A DNA stretch of 64,000 bases from positions 229,772,001 to 229,836,000 of the forward strand of contig OZ024742.1 of the NCBI GenBank assembly GCA_964016885.1, read 5' to 3'. The notes under the pieces were generated by a model. It saw nothing but the letters and a program-made list of their open reading frames with translations, ran no database searches and was not told the origin of the DNA. Numbering within the stretch: position 1 is the stretch's first letter; each line of letters begins with the position of its first letter. Of the stretch, positions 55,586 to 64,000 are shown piece after piece. The position numbers and the translations under genes are program-made. Origin of the DNA: Eledone cirrhosa (lineage: Eukaryota).

Positions 55586-56444
55586 AACATTTGTTTGGAT
55601 TTACGTTTATATATATATTTATATGTATTTTTATAGATATATGTATTTATATGTATTTTTATAGATATATGTATTTATATGTATTTTTATAGATATATGT
55701 ATTTATATGTATTTTTATAGATATATGTATTTGTATGTATTTTTATAGATATATGTATTTATATGTATGTTTATAGATATATGTATTTGTATGTATTTTT
55801 ATAGATATATGTATTTATATGTATTTTTATAGATATATGTATTTGTATGTATTTTTATAGATATATATATTTGTATGTATTTTTATAGATATATGTATTT
55901 GTATGTATTTTTATAGATATATGTATTTGTATGTATCTTTATAGATATATATATTTGTATGTATTTTTATAGATATATGTATTTGTATGTATGTTTATAG
56001 ATATATGTATTTGTATGTATGTTTATAGATATATGTATTTGTATGTATTTTTATAGATATATGTATTTGTATGTATGTTTATAGATATATATATATGTAT
56101 GTATTTTTATAGATATATGCATTTGTATGTATTTTTATAGATATATATATTTGTATGTATTTTTATAGATATATGTATTTGTATGTATTTTTATAGATAT
56201 ATGTATTTATATGTATTTTTATAGATATATGTATTTGTATGTATTTTTATAGATATATATATTTGTATGTATTTTTATACATATATGTATTATAGATATA
56301 TGTATTTGTATTTGTGTACTGCCACTCTAAATTCTGTAATGAATGTTGACCCACAATGTTTGAATATGTATCAATGTTTGAATATGTATCGGTATGTCTC
56401 TCGGCTGAAAAGGAGGTCATATAACTGTCCATGCATTAATAAAT

Positions 56445-56491
56445 TGCTCCGAAGAATCCAAACCTCGGTTTGGAGGAAACAGCTGTAAGCA
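56445..56491 (+). ncRNA. Type I HHR identical to 29827-29873
   Basis: Same motif. Confidence 0.72.
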
Positions 56492-57364
56492 CAATAATGT
56501 TTTGAACAGTTCTTTGATTCTTATATTTCATATGTATTTGTATGTATTTTTTATAGATATATGTATTTGTATGTATTTTTATAGATATATATATTTGTAT
56601 GTATGTTTATAGATATATATATTTGTATGTATTTTTATAGATATATGTATTTGTATGTATGTTTATAGATATATGTATTTGTATGTATTTTTATAGATAT
56701 ATGTATTTGTATGTATGTTTATAGATATATGTATTTGTATGTATTTTTATAGATATATGTATTTGTATGTATGTTTATAGATATATGTAATTGTATGTAT
56801 TTTTATAGATATATGTATTTGTATGTATTTTTATAGATATATATATTTGTATGTATTTTTATAGATATATGTATTTGTATGTATTTTTATAGATATATGT
56901 ATTTGTATGTATTTTTATAGATATATGTATTTGTATGTATGTTTATAGATATATGTATTTGTATGTATGTTTATAGATATATGTATTTGTATGTATTTTT
57001 ATAGATATATGTATTTATATGTATGTTTATAGATATATGTATTTGTATGTATTTTTATAGATATATGTATTTGTATGTATTTTTATAGATATATGTATTT
57101 ATATGTATTTTTATAGATATATGTATTTGTATGTATTTTTATAGATATATATATTTGTATGTATTTTTATAGATATATATATTTGTATGTATTTTTATAG
57201 ATATATGTATTATAGATATATGTATTTGTATTTGTGTACTTCCACTCTAAATTCTGTAATGAATGTTGACCCACAATGTTTGAATATGTATCAATGTTTG
57301 AATATGTATCGGTATGTCTCTCGGCTGAAAAGGAGGTCATACAACTGTCCATGCATTAATAAAT

Positions 57365-57411
57365 TGCTCCGAAGAATCCAAACCTCGGTTTGGAGGAAAC
57401 AGCTGTAAGCA
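57365..57411 (+). ncRNA. Type I HHR identical to 29827-29873
   Basis: Same motif. Confidence 0.72.
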
Positions 57412-59155
57412 CAATAATGTTTTGAACAGTTCTTTGATTCTTATATTTCATATGTATTTGTATGTATTTTTATAGATATATGTATTTTTATGTATTTTTA
57501 TAGATATATGTATTTGTATGTATTTTTATAGATATATATATTTGTATGTATTTTTATAGATATATGTATTTATATGTATGTTTATAGATATATGTATTTG
57601 TATGTATTTTTATAGATATATGTATTTGTATGTATGTTTATAGATATATGTATTTGTATGTATTTTTATAGATATATGTATTTATATGTATGTTTATAGA
57701 TATATGTATTTGTATGTATTTTTATAGATATATGTATTTATATGTATTTTTATAGATATATGTATTTGTATGTATTTTTATAGATATATGTATTTATATG
57801 TATTTTTATAGATATATGTATTTATATGTATTTTTATAGATATATGTATTTGTATGTATGTTTATAGATATATGTATTTATATGTATGTTTATAGATATA
57901 TGTATTTATATGTATGTTTATAGATAACTTAGTGAGAAGAGGAGAAAAGGTAAGTGGAAAGTCAGGGGGGGGGGGGAGGAAAGAAAAGAGGAGGATCTAC
58001 ACTAATAACAATTTTGAAAAATGTCTCAAGACAGGCTGGATGAAGGGTGGAAGTACTAGTTTATTCGTAGATTTGACAGACTCATCACTGTTGAAAACAC
58101 TGAAATGGGAGATAGTGGGAGATAGTGAGGAGGGAATTTATTATCATCGTTTACATCTACGACAACGTTTCGAGAAACCAAATTTCAAGTGCTTCCCGAT
58201 GTGTCCGAACACGGATGAGCCGAATTCCCAATGTCATCGCCTTCATTTCTCTCGCCCTCCCCATCTCTCTGTATAAGGCAGCAGACATTTTGACTGATAG
58301 GTATAATAACTTTATCACCCTAGAACAAAAAATAAATAAAAACAAAAACTATACACCCGATGAGCCTCCACATTGTTTACATATTTCAAAATTCCTTCAT
58401 AACTATTTGATCTAACCCTGACTATGATAGCGGGTGGATGCAGGCATAGCCTTGGAGGTTATCAAGTTCGACTCAGTGCATCCGCCTTTTGAATGACATT
58501 GGATGGATACACTATGTATGGGCGTCCTTTAGAAGGATTATAACTGTAATGTATAAGTCCAGCCTTGTCACATATTGTGTCTGGTGGATTCGGTTTTGGA
58601 ATTATATGAAGAGTATGTATGTTTTCTTTAGTTATACTTTCAGTTGATCGAATCACTGGATGCTTATCATCCAAACCGACCAGGTCTGAAAGATTAGTTA
58701 TATGTTCAAATGAACAAAGGGGTTTCAGTTGTGACTATCCCGTCTGTCGATATCTCTAGAGCCACATTTTAACAACCCCTTTCTTTTGAGAAATGTAGAG
58801 TGTAATTTGAGAAAAAACTGAGGTAATATATCTCACAGCACTAGTGTTTGTTTGGTGTTTAGATATTTATACATAAATCATTTTATCTTAATATATTAAA
58901 TATATGTAATGATAAACTTCCTCAAATTATCTATATTTTTTCTCTTAAAACAATCCAAGTCTCACACGAAATATTTGCTTAATGTAATATATAATATATG
59001 ATATAATATACCTAATAATGCATGCAAACCAAAATTAAATTAAGGAGGTCATATCTGAGGATATCAGAAACATGCGCCATACCACCTGTAGAATAAGCTC
59101 AAAGATTGTAAGGGATAAATCTGAGCATTTACTAGTATTAAATTAAAAATCGATT

Positions 59156-59225
<70 letters not shown>

Positions 59226-59226
59226 C

Positions 59227-59257
<31 letters not shown>

Positions 59258-59286
59258 AATATATATATGTATATGTATATATATAT

Positions 59287-61848
59287 ATCCTTACTCTCCT
59301 TCTTCTGCTCCTTCCACCCCTCCCTCCACTTCACCACCTCTATCTCCACCACCCACGTCCACTTCTTAGACATCTCCGTCGCCTTCGATCCCTCCCACCA
59401 CTCCCTCGTCATCTCCGCCTTCTTCAAATCCACCGACTCCCACTCCTACCTCGACTTCACCTCTTCCCACCCCACTCAAACTAAACACTCCATTCCCTAC
59501 TCCCAACTCCTCAGGATCCGACGCCTCTGTAGCCGAGATGCTGACTTTGAGTCACAGGCCCTTTCCCTAGTCAGCCATTTCATCCGCAGAGGTTACCTCC
59601 CTCTCTCGTCCACACCGCTCTCACCCGCGCCCGTGCTGTCCACCGCTCCACCACCCTCACCCCGCACCACCGCACACCCACCCACCGTCTCCCCTTCCCC
59701 ATCACCTACCACCCCTTCACCATACCCCTCTACCGCACCATCCTCCGCCTCTTCCGACGCCTCCAGTCCGACCCCTCCACCTCCCACATCTTCCTAGCCC
59801 CACCACTCCCCTCCTTCAAACGTGCACGCAATCTCCTCACCCTCCTCGTCCACAGCTCTCTACCCCCCCCCCAACCCACGCTCTCTTTCCCCACGGTTCC
59901 TTTCCTTGTTCTAGGCCCCGCTGCAACACCTGTCCCCACATCACCAACACCACCACCTTCCAGGGTCCCAACGGCAACTCTCTCTCTGTCCGGCATGCCT
60001 TCCGCTGCACCTCCTCCAACCTACTCTACGTCGGACAGACTGGAGGTCGCCTGGCGGACAGATTTACTGAGCACCTCCGGGATATTCGTCTCGGTCGTAG
60101 TTCCTCCATCGCCCGCCACTTTGGTGCCCCTGGATATTCCGCACACCACCTCACAGTCTGTGGCCTACTCCTAAGGGTCGAACAACGAACCATCACCCTA
60201 CATCACCCTACATCAACGAACCATCACCCTACAGATCCACACTCCCCCCGGTCTGAACTCCCCACCCTTATTCCTTTAGCCTTTGACTACCCGCCTCCCC
60301 CCACACATATCCCCCACTAACACCACTAACACACCCCTCCTTTTCACCGCCCACCCCACAACTAACAATACTAACACCTCCACCCCACTCCGACCACCCT
60401 TCCCCAACTAACATACTAACATCCCTCCCTTCTTCTCCTCCCCCCACCTTATCACACGCACACACCCATCGGTACATATATACACGCGCTCACACTAAAC
60501 ACACACCCTACTACCACCACTAACCCTCACCCCCACATATCTACCCCACCACCCCGCAACTAACATCAATAACACCCCCTGACCCCAAGCACACGAACAC
60601 ACACACCCACTTACACCACCCACTCTACACGCAACTAACATCACTAACACCCCAACCCCACGCACACGAACACACACACCCTCTTACACCCCCCACTCAC
60701 ACCCGCATTCAACCCTTTCTCCACCTCAAGTATACTAACACCCACTAACACCCCCTTCACTACACACACACACACCAGTACACTACACTCCCTCCATCGG
60801 CCCCCACACCCTTCTCTCCCCGCTCCACCCACACCCTTTCTCAAACACTCACACATCCCACTAACACCTCTACTAATACACACACACCCCTCCTCACTCC
60901 AACTTTCACACCTACCCATCCTCTCCCCTGTCCACCGCACCTCCACACACACTGACACACCGACTTTCTTCACTTACCATTCTACCCTACTGCTGCTATG
61001 TCTCTCTGACCACCTCCCCGCACACACAGACACACAACCCTCCTCCTGCCTTGACCCTCTGACCACTTCCTGTTGCGCGCGCACCCCACATCTCCCCTCT
61101 TTCGACCAATCTCTTCACGGATTACACATATGTGAACCTTGATCCCGAGAATCTACCGCATCCCATGGATTTTACTCAGCATTCCACCACATCTTTTTAC
61201 GGAATTACCTTTACGACTCACCCCCACACATACACCCCAACACATTTTTTTCCCACACGCCACCTACACCCACAACACGCATAAACACCACACACACACG
61301 TGCGTACCACCACATATTTACACATTCAGCCTCCGGAATCCTCTCCCCCCACCCCTCTATCGACACACGCACACACACTCCGACCTACACCCCACCCACA
61401 CACACCTCTGCCTGAACATGCAACCCCGTTCTTCCCCCAACCCTTGCTTTCACACACACACACACACACACACACGTACACCTACACACACACACCACCT
61501 TCAGCCCTCCCCGCTCAGACACCCCGTCTCCTTCTCCCCACTCCACCCGCCACCACCCCTACACGCCCCACATCCTTCCACCACCTGTTTTACCCCATTT
61601 TAATTTTATTTTGATCATGCTTTTATTTTTAATTTCATTTGCACCGTTTCCTCTCACCCCCTTTTTTGCTATTTGTCTTTCCACCACTCTCCTACAAACC
61701 CTTTGAACTCTCTTCCCACACACCTTTCACCTGAAGAAGGGCTTATGCCCGAAACGTCATTCTCCACCACCACCCCACTCTCAAGAGTATGAAATTAATA
61801 AAACTTTGTTCTTACCTCTCTGTTTTGTTCCCGTTCAATTTTTCACTA
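59287..61848 (+). mobile_element. 5'-truncated Penelope/Poseidon-type element: RT thumb, GIY-YIG, long C/A-rich 3'UTR, pLTR
   Basis: [42 protein letters not shown]; YVGQTG.RLADRFTEHL; HHR core near the 3' end. Confidence 0.88.
61731..61758 (+). ncRNA. Minimal HHR core of PLE pLTR
   Basis: CTGAAGA-a-gggc-ttat-gccc-GAAA-cg-TC; stem I not evident. Confidence 0.65.
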
Positions 61849-61866
61849 TATATATATATATATATA

Positions 61867-62470
61867 CAAGCAAATTATAAATGTAAACATGTAAGTATGT
61901 TTTTGAAACGGTGCGCGAGTTTGAAAATTAGAAATTAGAAATTATAAGCTTTCACCGTATTTTAGACTAAAGAAATTTCTAGCCTGGTAGTGGGGTTTAT
62001 AACCCTCGGAGAAATGGAAAAAGATGAGTGTTGCCGTACATGGGAGTCGAACCCACATCTTTGGTTATCCAGACCAATGTGCTACCATTACATCAATACA
62101 CATCCCGTCTCCTTCCCTTCGAATTAGAAATTTCTTTAGTCTAAAATACGGTGAAAGCTCATAATTTCTAATTTTTAATTTTCAAACTCGCGCACCGTTT
62201 CAAAAACATACTTACATGTTTACATTTATAATTTGCTTGTTTATCATTCACTTGCTAAGTTCATAGCTTCTAATTCGAATGGAAGGAGACGGGATGTGTA
62301 TTGGTGTAATGGTAGCACATTGGTCTGGATAACCAAAGATGTGGGTTCGACTCCCATGTACGGCAACACTCATCTTTTTTCCATTTCTCCGAGGGTTATA
62401 AACCCCACTATCAGGCTAGAAATTTCTTTAGTCTAAAATACGGTGAAAGCTTATAATTTCTAATTTCTAA
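61867..62470. mobile_element. tRNA-headed element: minus-strand monomer (~61867-62129) fused to a permuted, terminally redundant plus-strand copy (62125-62470, period 292)
   Basis: tRNA-like fold at 62295-62365 and its mirror at ~62032-62102. Confidence 0.85.
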
Positions 62471-62504
62471 TATATATATATATATGTATATATAAATATA
62501 TAAA

Positions 62505-63180
62505 TAATATGGAATAGGGAGAATCAGTGATGCATCGGAACACAATTTATTACCTATTACAAATGTTTCTCCGTCAAACAGCTCGAGGTGCGATCTATTT
62601 GTGGATCAAACCTGACTCTGGATTCGCAAGTTCCTCCGACACGTCTAGCAACTTCGAAGCAAATCCTCTGTTTGTTGGACTGAGAATTTCTATCATCTGC
62701 CATCATCCTGTTTGTGCGGCCCATCGATTGGTCAAGAGTTCGAGACGTCATCTGTATATTTGACCATTCAAAACTGCCCTCTAACCATTTCCATTCAGGC
62801 GTGAGCTGTCACTCACCTCAATTCTGTCACCAGAATCACTGCTGTGTGGGCATGGGGTTCTGATCTGCCTTGCCTGTCCCTAGCTTGCCCGTAGTCCGAC
62901 ACACACTCACCCACACACACGTGTGCTCACACATAGATTGACATTCCGATCTCGATCGGCCGCGAAAACGGGATGATGGCAGATGATAGAAATTCTAAGG
63001 GTCGGAATCCAACAGACAGAGAGTTTGCTTCGAATTCGCTAGACATGTCTGAGGAACTTGCGAAACCAGAGTCAGGTTCCATCTACAAATAGACCGCACC
63101 TCGAGCTGTTCGACGGAGAAACAATTGTAATACGTTAATAAATTGTGTTTCGATGATTCTTCGTTTTCCATATTATTATT
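62505..63180. mobile_element. Element with ~220-bp diverged inverted arms; related copy at ~51610-51880
   Basis: ~62505-62730 mirrors ~62953-63178; shares ggcgtgagctgtcactcacct with ~51822. Confidence 0.7.
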
Positions 63181-63403
63181 CTCTGTTCCGAAGGAGCATA
63201 GAGTGCTCAAACGGCATACAGCCTCTGGAAGCATCCAATCAACCTTACCACAAATATATATACATATATAGTTGATGAGTATTAAATACGTAAGTAGGGT
63301 TTAAACATTCATTTATGGCTAAAATGAGTGCTTGTTACTCTGGTTTCTTTCCTGCACAGATGAAACTCCAGAATGACAAAGCTCACGTTTTAGCCGTAAT
63401 AAA

Positions 63404-63438
<35 letters not shown>

Positions 63439-63440
<2 letters not shown>

Positions 63441-64000
63441 TAGCAGCAGTACCCAGCGTTGCCTGAATATGTAAAATATTATTTGCTTTCATGAAAAGGT
63501 GTTGATCTTAGCCATTGCTTCTCGATGACTCATATATGGCCACACACAGGCCATGCGGGGAAGGGTGGTGATGAACTCTATCACTGAGAAACGCGGGTGA
63601 CTGACGAGGGGGCATTCTAGGGGAGGGAGGTAATGACCTCCAACACTAAGCCAAATTTCCTCACGATACTTGATTGGAAACCGATAAATTCTCAAATACA
63701 CAACTAAAATCTCAGACGACGTCAGTGGCCATCGTCTTGATTTTGACCATCGATAAGATGTGCAATGATAGGTTCTATCGTAGTATAAAAGTTGAACCAA
63801 ATAAATCGATTTATGTGTGCGGTGGAGCCGAAGTTTCGAATTTGAACGAAATCTGTTGAAAAATGTGGGAGCTAATGATAGGTCGCCGTCCCTGAACAAA
63901 AATGCAAAGTGTAAAGCTTCTATAAAAAGTGCAATGATAGGTTCTATCGTAGTATAAAAGTTGAACCAAATAAATTGATTTACGTGTGAGGTGGAGCCGA
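63439..64000 (+). mobile_element. Helitron/Helentron-like non-autonomous element with internal 169-bp tandem repeat; runs off the window
   Basis: actagcagcagtacccagcgttgcc terminus after (TA)n; 63761-63831 is repeated at 63930-64000. Confidence 0.5.

Larger units (their letters stand above)
55610..57925. repeat. 28-bp AT-rich minisatellite holding two PLE pLTR fragments 920 bp apart
   Basis: (atatgtatttttatagatatatgtattt)n; inserts at ~56315-56533 and ~57235-57453 match ~29696-29914. Confidence 0.92.

Noticed and set aside
62295-62365. Functional tRNA gene with GGA anticodon
   Set aside because: Acceptor stem incomplete, no long Ser variable arm, embedded in a dispersed rearranged repeat
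63045-63078. ctgaggaacttgcgaaacc as a hammerhead
   Set aside because: No stem II, and not kept in the mirror arm

Overview
AT-rich, microsatellite-laden eukaryotic DNA made almost entirely of transposable elements. The SINE families and (TA)n/(CA)n/(CATA)n load look octopod (inference). I found no confidently identifiable host gene. Main contents: a near full-length, inactivated Tx1-clade LINE (~21.2-26.7 kb) plus older Tx1 relics; RTE, R4/Dong and CR1 fragments; several Penelope-like (PLE) RT/GIY-YIG fragments; a 3.2-kb PLE palindrome; many tRNA-derived SINEs; a hAT-like MITE; a Helitron-like element; and two minisatellites. The strongest unexplained signal is a set of short non-coding elements in (TA)n tracts with PLE-type architecture: a 5' inverted duplication, circular permutation or terminal redundancy, and minimal type I hammerhead ribozyme (HHR) motifs. 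About 13 HHR-like motifs from about 7 unrelated families were read by eye. They include a three-copy U3-A8 core variant and a permuted ~440-nt unit whose second copy starts 5 nt from the predicted cleavage site. All alignments and folds were done by eye, and element boundaries are approximate.
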